Of a stretch of 22,205 nt of DNA, positions 14,806-22,205 are shown in pieces; positions within the stretch are counted from its first letter, which is position 1; each line of letters begins with the position of its first letter. The notes below the pieces were generated by a model. It ran no database searches. It saw only the letters and a list, made by a program, of their open reading frames with translations, and was not told the DNA's origin. Both the position numbers and the translations under genes were made by a program. The DNA is taken from contig JBGQHJ010000082.1 of assembly GCA_041497895.1 (NCBI GenBank), positions 1 to 22,205 of the forward strand, given 5' to 3'. Origin of the DNA: Candidatus Methylomirabilia bacterium (GTDB lineage Bacteria > Methylomirabilota > Methylomirabilia > Rokubacteriales > CSP1-6).

Positions 14806-15090
14806 ATGAGTATCGTCGTGATCGTGATGCTGGCTCTCGTGGGAGCGCTCACCGGAGTGCTGGCTGGGTATGTCATGAACCGGGGCGGCTACGGAATGCG
14901 CTGGGACGTCATGCTCGGCCTCGTCGGCAGCGTCGCGGGAAGCTGGATCTTCTGGGCCCTGCGGATCTCGCCCGGATCGGGGTTGGGCGCACTGGCGGTG
15001 GTCGCCTTCATCGGAGCGGCCATCTCGATCGTCGGTCAACGCATGCTACGCCCCAGGCCCTGGATCTGGAGCTTCTGGTCGAGACGGTGA
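14806..15090 (+). CDS. GlsB/YeaQ/YmgE-family membrane protein, copy 3
   Basis: GGAGG SD; VGALTGVLAGYVM.RGGYG..WDV.LGLVGSVAGSWIF...VVAFIGAA. Confidence 0.82.
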   Translation: MSIVVIVMLALVGALTGVLAGYVMNRGGYGMRWDVMLGLVGSVAGSWIFWALRISPGSGLGALAVVAFIGAAISIVGQRMLRPRPWIWSFWSRR

Positions 15091-15308
15091 GCACCGCGGC
15101 GGGGAGACGTTTCGTCAACCGGCGAGTTGCGACCATCATGGTGCCGGTGCTGTTCCTCGCGGCGTTCCTCGGGACGGCGGAGGCCTCGGGCCGTACCGAG
15201 CAAAGCGGATCGAGCGGAAGCGGTAGCTCCCGCAGTTACCCGGCTCCGGTCGGGCCCTCTTCCGAAGTGCTCTGTGGCTGTACCGAGGTCCTGAAGAACT
15301 TCGCCTGA
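15087..15308 (+). CDS. Hypothetical small exported protein
   Basis: GTGA overlap with the upstream gene; signal-peptide-like N-terminus (..AEA), S/G linker, CxC near the end. Confidence 0.45.
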   Translation: MSTAAGRRFVNRRVATIMVPVLFLAAFLGTAEASGRTEQSGSSGSGSSRSYPAPVGPSSEVLCGCTEVLKNFA

Positions 15309-15330
15309 GGAATCGCCCCGGAACCCGACG

Positions 15331-16173
15331 CTACCCCCGGCGCAGCGTCGGGTTCCGCAGCTCGAGGAGATCCTGCGCTCGGATCGAGATGTTGCCCTTC
15401 ACCTCGAGCTGCGCCGGCACGATGTAGAACCGACCCACCCGGATGCCCTCGACGACCTGCTCCGCCACCTCGGACGGTGGATAGCCGCCGGCCAATCGGT
15501 CCGAGAGGTTCTGGCCGAATGCCTGCGCCATGGGGCCCGCCTTGCCCTGCTCCGCGAGGGCCTCGGGTCGGTTGCGCGACGAACGCATGATGTTGGTGTC
15601 GATGAGCCCGGGGCAGACCACGGACACGCCGATCGGGGAGCCGGTCACCTGGGCCTCCTTGTACATGGCCTCCGAGAGCGCGACCACGCCGTGCTTGGTC
15701 ACGTCGTACACCGACATGAACGGGGCGGTGGTGAGACCCGCCATCGACGCGGTGTTGACGATGTGGCCCTCGTCGCCGCCGGCCAGCATGCGGGGCAGGA
15801 AAGCCCGCACCCCGTGGATCACGCCCCAGAGGTTCACGTTGACGACCCACTGCCAGTCCGCGAGCGTGTGCTCGTGCACCGCACCGATCACCGCCACCCC
15901 CGCGTTGTTGCACAGCACGTGCGCCGCGCCGAAGGCCTCGTAGGTCTCGCGGGCCAGCCGCTCCACCTCGTCGGGGCTCGAGACGTCGACGCGGGTGGCG
16001 AGCACCGCGGCCCCCCGGCGCCGCAGTCCGTCCGCGACGGCGGCGAGCGGAGCCGCCTCGATGTCGGCCATCACGACCTTCATGCCCTCCGACGCGAAGC
16101 GCTCGGCCAACGCCAGCCCGATCCCGCTCGCCGCACCGGTGACCACCGCGACCTTCCCTCGGAGATTCTTCAC
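15331..16173 (-). CDS. Short-chain dehydrogenase/reductase (SDR)
   Basis: VVTGAASGIG, NNAG, NTAS, YDVTK catalytic motif; GTGA overlap with hydantoinase B. Confidence 0.93.
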   Translation of the reverse strand: MKNLRGKVAVVTGAASGIGLALAERFASEGMKVVMADIEAAPLAAVADGLRRRGAAVLATRVDVSSPDEVERLARETYEAFGAAHVLCNNAGVAVIGAVHEHTLADWQWVVNVNLWGVIHGVRAFLPRMLAGGDEGHIVNTASMAGLTTAPFMSVYDVTKHGVVALSEAMYKEAQVTGSPIGVSVVCPGLIDTNIMRSSRNRPEALAEQGKAGPMAQAFGQNLSDRLAGGYPPSEVAEQVVEGIRVGRFYIVPAQLEVKGNISIRAQDLLELRNPTLRRG

Positions 16174-18173
16174 GGGTGCTCTCCCTGGCCCGCCGGCAGG
16201 CCGGACGACGCGGCGAGCTCCGCCCAGAGGCGGGCCAGGTCCTCCGGCCTCACCGCCTCCTGATCCGTCCGCGCCGTGATCCGCGTGTAGAGCGCCCGGC
16301 GGACGTACGCCCGGTACGGCGCTGGCAGCGTCATCAGCAGCGCGACGAGCGCATCCTGCAGCGCGGGCGGCCAGCGCCGCTCGTGGGCGTCGCGGGCCGC
16401 GCCGAAGTCGAACGGTCCGAGCGGCCCGGCGGCGGCGCGGCTCGCGGCGCGCAGCGCGCGCGTCGCCACGGGGTCGACCACGCCGTCCACCATCACCACG
16501 CCGTACGCCGCGCGCGCGTGCGCCGGCGTCACGAGGCCGGCCTCCACGTCGGCGGCCACCGCCTCGATCGGCCGCTCCAGGGGGTCCCCGTTCCCGCCGC
16601 CGCCGGGCGTCCGCATGCTCAGCACGTCGCCCGGCTCCAGCGCGAGCAGGTCGATCTTCGGCACCGCCCGCTCCCCCGGCGTCCCCGGGTTGAGCACGGC
16701 GCGGCCGGTGGCCCCGGCGCGGCCCCCGGCCACGCCCCAGGGGGCGAAGCGGAGCCGCTCCATCCCGCGGGCCGTGACCTGCCCCTCGGGCCGGAACACC
16801 TGCATGTCGAGCCGCACCGCGTGCCCGCCGCGCCAGCGCCCGGGGCCGGCGGAGTCCGCGACGAGATGGAAGCGCCGGATCAGGATGGCGGGCACCTCGA
16901 CCTCGAGGGTCTCCACCGGCGTGGTCTTGAGGAAGCCGAGCGAGGCGTCGCAGCCGTCGATGCCGTCGCGCCCGGGACGACCGCCGCCGCCGCCGATCAT
17001 CGGCTCGATCACGGTCACGTGGCGCCGCCCCGCCTCGAGGTCCGGCAGCGCGAGCGCGACCATGCAGCCCTGGCCGCCGCTCGCGGCGGGGATCTCGCCG
17101 GGGAGGGCGCGGGCCAGCGCGCCCAGCACCGCGTCGTAGATGCGCAGCACGGTGGCGTAGCGGACGCCGCAGGCCGCGGGGAACTGCGGGTTCACCACGG
17201 ACCCGACCGGCAGCGTCATCCGGAGCGGCCGCAGCACGCCCGCGTTCAGCGGGATGCCGGGGTCCTTGGTGATGAAGTAGTTGAACAGCGCGATCGCCAT
17301 GAACGGGTGCGCGCGGCCCCCGGTCGGGACGTTGAGGGCGGAGCCCACCTGCACGTCGCTGCCGGTGAAATCCAGGTGGATCTCGCCGTCGCCCAACGTC
17401 ATCGCGACGTTGAGACGGATCGGGATGTCCGACACCACGTCGTCCTCGATGAAGTCGCAGAACGCGTAGCGACCGCGGGGCATCCGCCGGATCAGGGCCT
17501 CGACCTTCCGCGCGGTGTAGTCGATGAGATCGTCCATCCCCTTCTCGACCGTGTCGACGCCGAAGCGGGCGATCAGCGCGTGCACGCGGCGCTCCCCGGT
17601 CACCAGGCCGGCCACCAGGGCCTGGAGATCGCCCCAGTTCTGCTCGGGGATGCGACAGTTGGCCAGGATCACGTCGAGGAGGTCCCGGTTCGGCGCTCCG
17701 CGCACGAACAGCTTCTTCGGCGGCAGGCGGAGCCCCTCCTGGAAGATCTCGGACGCCCGGGGCGAGATGCTGGCCGGCACCAGCCCGCCGATGTCCGAGC
17801 AGTGGAGGAAGCCGGCGCCGTGGCCCACGAGCCTCCCCTCCCAGAAGATCGGGCGCACCAGGTGCAGGTCGGGGAGATGGGTCGCGGCCGCCGCGGAGCC
17901 GTAGGGATCGTTCGTGATCACCACATCGCCGGGCTCGAGCGGGCCCACCGCCTCGAGCGTCCGCGCGTAGTTGATCCCGGCCATGCTCGCCACGCCCAGC
18001 TCGACCGGATAGGCGAAGAAGTCTCCGGCCGGCGTGAGGAGGCCGCAGGTGAAGTCGGCGGTCTCCTTCACGAACGTGGTGTGCGCGGTACGCTCCACCG
18101 CGTAGGCCATGTCCTCCACCGCGCCGTGCAGGTAGTTCCGGAGGAGCTCGAGGGTCAGGGCATCGAGACGCAT
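16170..18173 (-). CDS. Hydantoinase B/5-oxoprolinase-family subunit
   Basis: True start MRLDALTLELL at 18173 (TGATG overlap); PGDV.ITNDPY...HLPD, H.SDIGG.VP.S, EI.QEGL.LPP, DS.GPG..RGG, TPGGGG.GDP. Confidence 0.92.
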   Translation of the reverse strand: MRLDALTLELLRNYLHGAVEDMAYAVERTAHTTFVKETADFTCGLLTPAGDFFAYPVELGVASMAGINYARTLEAVGPLEPGDVVITNDPYGSAAAATHLPDLHLVRPIFWEGRLVGHGAGFLHCSDIGGLVPASISPRASEIFQEGLRLPPKKLFVRGAPNRDLLDVILANCRIPEQNWGDLQALVAGLVTGERRVHALIARFGVDTVEKGMDDLIDYTARKVEALIRRMPRGRYAFCDFIEDDVVSDIPIRLNVAMTLGDGEIHLDFTGSDVQVGSALNVPTGGRAHPFMAIALFNYFITKDPGIPLNAGVLRPLRMTLPVGSVVNPQFPAACGVRYATVLRIYDAVLGALARALPGEIPAASGGQGCMVALALPDLEAGRRHVTVIEPMIGGGGGRPGRDGIDGCDASLGFLKTTPVETLEVEVPAILIRRFHLVADSAGPGRWRGGHAVRLDMQVFRPEGQVTARGMERLRFAPWGVAGGRAGATGRAVLNPGTPGERAVPKIDLLALEPGDVLSMRTPGGGGNGDPLERPIEAVAADVEAGLVTPAHARAAYGVVMVDGVVDPVATRALRAASRAAAGPLGPFDFGAARDAHERRWPPALQDALVALLMTLPAPYRAYVRRALYTRITARTDQEAVRPEDLARLWAELAASSGLPAGQGEHP

Positions 18174-20215
18174 CACGCCTCCCGTCGGATGAGGAGATTG
18201 CCGAACCGGTCGACCGTCGCGGCGTCGCCGGCCGGGACGAGCACGGTGGTGTCCGGCTGCTCGACGATGGCCGGGCCGATCACGCGATCGCCCCGGCCCA
18301 GGCTCGCGCGCTCGTACACCTGGGCCTGGGCGGGACGGCCGTCGAGCCAGACCCGGCGGACACCCGTCGGCACGGCTCCGGTGCCGGCGGCCACCTCGAC
18401 GAGCGGGACCCGCGGCCTCACGCCGCGGAGCTGGGCCCGGAGATTCACCACCTCGACCGGCGCGTGGGGATCGGCGTGGCCGAACACCCGCTCGTGCGCC
18501 CGGTGAAACGCCTCGAGCAGTCGGCGGCGCCCGTCCGCCGCCAGCCACTCCCGCTCGACCGGCACCTCGATCTCGTAGGACTGGCCGACGTAGCGCATGT
18601 CGGCCCCGTGCCTGAAGGTCACGCTCTCCACCTCGATGTGGTGCTGGTCGACCCACGCGAGCAGTTGGGCCTCGAGCACCCCCTGCTCCCCGGCGAGCGC
18701 GGCCAGGTCGAGCGCGTCGAGACGGCCGTGCACCGTCCGCACCGCGTCGTTCAGGATGTCGGTGGTGATGGCGCCGAGGGCACAGAGCGTCCCCGGCGCG
18801 CGGGGCACGAAGACGGTGGGGATGCCCACGTCGCGGGCGAGGAGGCTCCCGACCAGCGGGCCCGCGCCGCCGAAGGCCACCAGCGCGAAGTCGCGCGGGT
18901 CGACGCCGGCGCGCGAGAGCATCTTGGTGAAGGCGGCGTACATGTTCGACACCGCGACCCGCACCACGCTCTCCGCCGCCTCGTGCAGGCTCATGCCGAG
19001 CCGATCCGCGAAGCGCTGGACCGCTTCCTCGGCGAGCGTGCGGTCGAGCCGCATCCGCCCGCCGAGGAAGCGATCGGGGTCGAGGAAGCCGCACACCAGG
19101 AAGGCGTCGGAGAGCGTGGCGTCCTTGCCGCTGCGGCCGTAGCACGCGGGACCCGGACTGGCGCCCGTGCTCTGCGGCCCCACCTTGGGCACGCCGACCT
19201 CGTCGACCCAGGCCACGGAGCCGCCTCCCGCCCCGATGGCGGTGACCCCCACCACCGGCATCATCACCGGGATGCCCCCGATGTGCTCCGCGGTGCTGTA
19301 GCGCGGTCTCCCGTCCTCCACCACCGCGATATCCGCACTCGTGCCGCCCACGTCGAGCGTGATCAGGTTCCCGAGGCCGGCCGCGGTGGCGACGTAGGCC
19401 GCCCCGATGACCCCGGAGGCCGGGCCCGACAGGAGGGTCGACACCGTCTGCCACCGGGCCGCCGCCACCGGCATGATGCCGCCGTTGGACTTGGTCACGT
19501 AGGGCACCGCGGGCACCGCGCGCGCGGTCAGCGCCGCCTCGAAGCCCTCGAGGTACCGGCGCACCTTCGGCTGCACGTAGGCGTTCATCACCGCGAGCGC
19601 GGTGCGCTCGTACTCGCGCGCTTCCGGCCACACCTCGTGCGAGGCGCTCACCGGCACCCCGGGCGCCGCGGCCTCGGCCAGGGCGCGCGCCCGGCGCTCG
19701 TGGGACGGGTCGCGGTAGGCGTGGATGAAGCTGATCACGAGCCCCTCGACGCCCTGCTCGGCCAGCCGCCCGGCCGCCGCGCTCACAGTGGCCTCGTCCA
19801 GCGCGGTGTCCACCTGGCCACTGGCCCGGAGGCGCTCCTGGATCTCGGCGACGCGCGCTCGCGGGATCAGCGGCTCGGGGCGGTTGCCGTAGAGATCGAG
19901 CGGGTTCGGCAGGCGGAGGCGCTGGATCTCGAGGATGTCCCGGAACCCCTCGGTCACCAGGAGGCCGAGGCGCGCGCCGGTGCGCTGGATGAGCGTGTTC
20001 ACCGCGATCGTGGTGCCGTGGACCACCACGTCGATGGCGCCCAGATCGATGCCGTGCTCAGCCGCCAGACGGTCGAGGCCATCCTCGACGGCCCGGGCGA
20101 AGTCGGGCGGCGTCGACGCCACCTTCAGGCCGGTGACGTGGTGAGTCTCCGTGTCGTAGAGCGTGAAATCGGTGAAGGTTCCGCCGATGTCGATGCCGAG
20201 CCAGCAGCGTCCCAT
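18173..20215 (-). CDS. Hydantoinase A/5-oxoprolinase-family ATP-binding subunit
   Basis: True start MGRCWLGIDIGGTFTD at 20215; HGTT..VN, SGPASG, DVGGTSAD, IGAGGGS, GPQSTGASPGPACYG, DMRYVGQSYE. Confidence 0.92.
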   Translation of the reverse strand: MGRCWLGIDIGGTFTDFTLYDTETHHVTGLKVASTPPDFARAVEDGLDRLAAEHGIDLGAIDVVVHGTTIAVNTLIQRTGARLGLLVTEGFRDILEIQRLRLPNPLDLYGNRPEPLIPRARVAEIQERLRASGQVDTALDEATVSAAAGRLAEQGVEGLVISFIHAYRDPSHERRARALAEAAAPGVPVSASHEVWPEAREYERTALAVMNAYVQPKVRRYLEGFEAALTARAVPAVPYVTKSNGGIMPVAAARWQTVSTLLSGPASGVIGAAYVATAAGLGNLITLDVGGTSADIAVVEDGRPRYSTAEHIGGIPVMMPVVGVTAIGAGGGSVAWVDEVGVPKVGPQSTGASPGPACYGRSGKDATLSDAFLVCGFLDPDRFLGGRMRLDRTLAEEAVQRFADRLGMSLHEAAESVVRVAVSNMYAAFTKMLSRAGVDPRDFALVAFGGAGPLVGSLLARDVGIPTVFVPRAPGTLCALGAITTDILNDAVRTVHGRLDALDLAALAGEQGVLEAQLLAWVDQHHIEVESVTFRHGADMRYVGQSYEIEVPVEREWLAADGRRRLLEAFHRAHERVFGHADPHAPVEVVNLRAQLRGVRPRVPLVEVAAGTGAVPTGVRRVWLDGRPAQAQVYERASLGRGDRVIGPAIVEQPDTTVLVPAGDAATVDRFGNLLIRREA

Positions 20216-20976
20216 CAGGGCCGGGCGCGCATCGCCGCCAGGGCCGCGTCGTGGAGCAGCCCGTTGCTGGCGAACACGCTGCTGCCGTAGATCCCCGCGC
20301 CTCCGTCCAGGTCGGTGAGCCGTCCGCCGGCTTCCTCGACCACCACCTTGATCGCCGCCACGTCCCACGCCTTCACCGTCGTGGAGAGCGCGATCTCCCC
20401 TTGGCCCTCGGCGACCCAGAGGTAGGCCGAGTAGTCGCCGAAGCCGCGCTGCACCTGGGTCCGGTCGACCAGGTTCAGGAAGCCGTCCCAGTACGGGCTC
20501 CGGCGCAGGAAGTTCAGCGAGGAGTGCACCACCAGCGCGCGCTCGAGCGCGTCCACCGGCGAGACACGGATGCGCTCGCCGTCGCGGAATGCCCCCTGCC
20601 CGCGCCACGCGGTGTGCAGCACGCCGGTGACCGGCTGGAAGATGGCGCCCGCGGTAACCACGCCGTCCTCCTCGAGCCCGATCATGACCGCCCAGGTCGG
20701 GATGCGCCGCACGAAGTTTCGCGTGCCGTCGATCGGGTCGATGATGAAGCGCCGGGTGCGCGGCCCGGTCTCGCCAAGCTCCTCGCCGAGCGTGCCGTGA
20801 TCGGGGCAGCGCGCCCGCAGCACGGCGCCGATGGCCCGCTCGGCCTCGCGATCGGCCTCGGTGACGGGCGAGCGGTCGGCCTTGAGCGACACCTCGAACC
20901 CGCGCCGGTAGTACTCGAGGGCCACCGCCCCACCGGCGCGCGCCGCCTCCACCATGGCGTCGAGTCGCGGATCCAC
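20215..20976 (-). CDS. hisN: Inositol-monophosphatase-family histidinol-phosphatase-like protein (HisN type)
   Basis: KADRSPVTEADREAE, LGEE.G, IDPIDGTRNFVR.IP.WA, R.FGD, WDVAA....VEEAGG..TD. Confidence 0.75.
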   Translation of the reverse strand: MDPRLDAMVEAARAGGAVALEYYRRGFEVSLKADRSPVTEADREAERAIGAVLRARCPDHGTLGEELGETGPRTRRFIIDPIDGTRNFVRRIPTWAVMIGLEEDGVVTAGAIFQPVTGVLHTAWRGQGAFRDGERIRVSPVDALERALVVHSSLNFLRRSPYWDGFLNLVDRTQVQRGFGDYSAYLWVAEGQGEIALSTTVKAWDVAAIKVVVEEAGGRLTDLDGGAGIYGSSVFASNGLLHDAALAAMRARP

Positions 20977-20982
20977 GCCGAG

Positions 20983-20988
20983 AGCTTA
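20983..20988 (-). promoter_or_regulatory. -10 element (TAAGCT) for leaderless hisN-like operon
   Basis: TAAGCT lies 6 nt upstream of the GTG at 20976; no SD and no palindromic box. Confidence 0.55.
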
Positions 20989-21038
20989 CCGCGAAAGCCG
21001 ACGGACGAACCGCAATCTCCCGCGACGCCCGCCGACGC

Positions 21039-21047
21039 TGGTAGACT
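21039..21047 (+). promoter_or_regulatory. Extended -10 element TGgTAGACT for the ABC substrate-binding gene
   Basis: TGnTAnnnT match upstream of starts at 21060/21075; no palindromic box. Confidence 0.5.
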
Positions 21048-21074
21048 CGCGGCCAGACCGTGAGCCGCGACCAC

Positions 21075-22085
21075 ATGAATGCCCGCCCGCCCGATATTTC
21101 CCGACGCGCCTTCATCGCGACCATCGTGGGCGGCCTCCTCACCCGGCCACTCGTCGTCGGGGCGCAGCCGGCGCAGAAGGCGCCGCGGGTCGGCGTGCTC
21201 CTGCTGTTCGGCGCGCCGGGGCAGCCGAACCCGCTGGTGGATGCCTTCCGCGGTGGCCTGCGCGACCTCGGGTACGTCGAGGGTCAGAGCGTGCTCATCG
21301 ACTACCGATGGGCCGAAGGACAGGAACAGCGCTTGCCCGATGCCGCCGCCGACCTCGTCCGGCTCAAGGTCGCGGTGATGGTCACCCCCGGTACGCCCGC
21401 GACCCTGGCGGCCAGAACGGCGACGCGCGCGATCCCCATCGTGATGACGAACGTGGGCGATCCCGTGGGCAGCGGCATCGTGGCGAGCCTGGCCCGGCCG
21501 GGAGGCAACGTCACCGGGCTGAGCCTCCTGGACGCGGAGCTGGACGGCAAGCGGATCGAGCTCCTGAAGGACGCCGTTCCGCACCTCACGCGGCTCGCCA
21601 TCCTCTGGAGCGCCAACGACCCCGGGATGACGCTCGCCTTCGGTCGCGTGGAGACGGCGGCCAAGGCGCTGGGATTCGCGCTGCAGAACCTGGCGGTGCG
21701 CAAGCCCGCGGAGTTTCCCCGCGCCTTCGAGGCCGCCGGCGCCGGGCGCGCCGAGGCGCTCTTCGTGACGGCCCAGCCGTTCACGAACCAGCACCGGGCC
21801 CAGATCCTGGACCTCGTGGCGAAGCATCGGCTCCCCGCGATCTACACGCTGCGGGGCTTCGTGGACGCGGGTGGCCTCATGTCCTATGGCCCGAGCCAGG
21901 CCGACCAGTACCGCCGCGCCGCCACCTATGTGGACCGCATCCTGAAGGGCGCCCGGCCGGCGGATCTGCCCGTCGAGCAGCCCACGAAATTCGAGCTGGT
22001 CATCAACCTCAAGACCGCCCGGGCCCTCGGCCTGACCATTCCCGCGGGACTTCTGCAGCGGGCCGATCAGGTGATCGATCCATGA
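21075..22085 (+). CDS. ABC transporter substrate-binding protein (ABC_sub_bind/PF04392-like) with twin-arginine signal
   Basis: SRRAFI Tat-like motif; AFRGGLRDLGYVEG, IPIV....GDPVGSG.VASLARPGGNVTGLS, GGLMSYGP, ILKGARPADLPVEQPTKFELVINLKTARALGLTIP. Confidence 0.9.
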   Translation: MNARPPDISRRAFIATIVGGLLTRPLVVGAQPAQKAPRVGVLLLFGAPGQPNPLVDAFRGGLRDLGYVEGQSVLIDYRWAEGQEQRLPDAAADLVRLKVAVMVTPGTPATLAARTATRAIPIVMTNVGDPVGSGIVASLARPGGNVTGLSLLDAELDGKRIELLKDAVPHLTRLAILWSANDPGMTLAFGRVETAAKALGFALQNLAVRKPAEFPRAFEAAGAGRAEALFVTAQPFTNQHRAQILDLVAKHRLPAIYTLRGFVDAGGLMSYGPSQADQYRRAATYVDRILKGARPADLPVEQPTKFELVINLKTARALGLTIPAGLLQRADQVIDP

Positions 22086-22205
22086 GAACGGGCTTCGGTG
22101 TCAAGACGGCTAGGCCATCGGCGAGCTCTTCCTTTCTTGAAGAGGCGCGTGTGACGTGTGGGTTCCCGGCGGCAAGCGTCCACCAGCCATCCATTCGCGC
22201 ACAGA

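Noticed and set aside
16170..21142. 1153-aa and 989-aa track ORFs suggesting fused or overlapping oxoprolinases
   Set aside because: Stop-poor high-GC frames extend upstream; the true starts at 18173 and 20215 form TGATG overlaps. No evidence of frameshifting.
394..21827. Many long antisense ORFs (e.g. 394-1830, 9017-10408, 16176-18506, 18464-20290, 20682-21827)
   Set aside because: Expected mirror frames of GC3-rich genes; no recognisable domains.
22086..22205. Short hairpin CTCTTC...GAAGAG (~22126-22144) and a 61-aa minus-strand ORF
   Set aside because: The stem is only 6 bp with no U tract; the ORF lacks SD and family features and overlaps the SBP gene.

Overview
A GC-rich (about 70% by eye) bacterial window; the gene repertoire suggests Ca. 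Rokubacteria/Methylomirabilota, but that is inference only. Positions ~1-15310 form an envelope/general-stress island. It contains an Fe/Mn SOD (truncated by the window edge), two MlaC-like proteins, a sensor kinase + FixJ/NodW-type LuxR regulator + stand-alone receiver, three GlsB/YeaQ membrane proteins, a cardiolipin-synthase-like PLD, three BON/OsmY proteins, FtsH, a VOC protein, two collagen-stalk OmpA/Pal-like lipoproteins, and three 23-24 aa membrane peptides missing from the ORF track. The main signal is non-coding. All nine transcription units in the island begin with the same promoter architecture: a palindrome (consensus ATTGGACC-WW-GGTCCAAT-AG), then 20 bp (21 in one case), then a (C)TAnnnT -10 element. 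Eight of these sit in four divergent pairs, and one heads the two-component operon itself. This looks like a complete, physically clustered, autoregulated stress regulon run by a FixJ-like activator. Positions 15331-22085 are ordinary metabolism (hisN-like, hydantoinase/oxoprolinase A and B, SDR operon, plus a Tat-type ABC substrate-binding protein). Their promoters lack the box and so act as an internal negative control.
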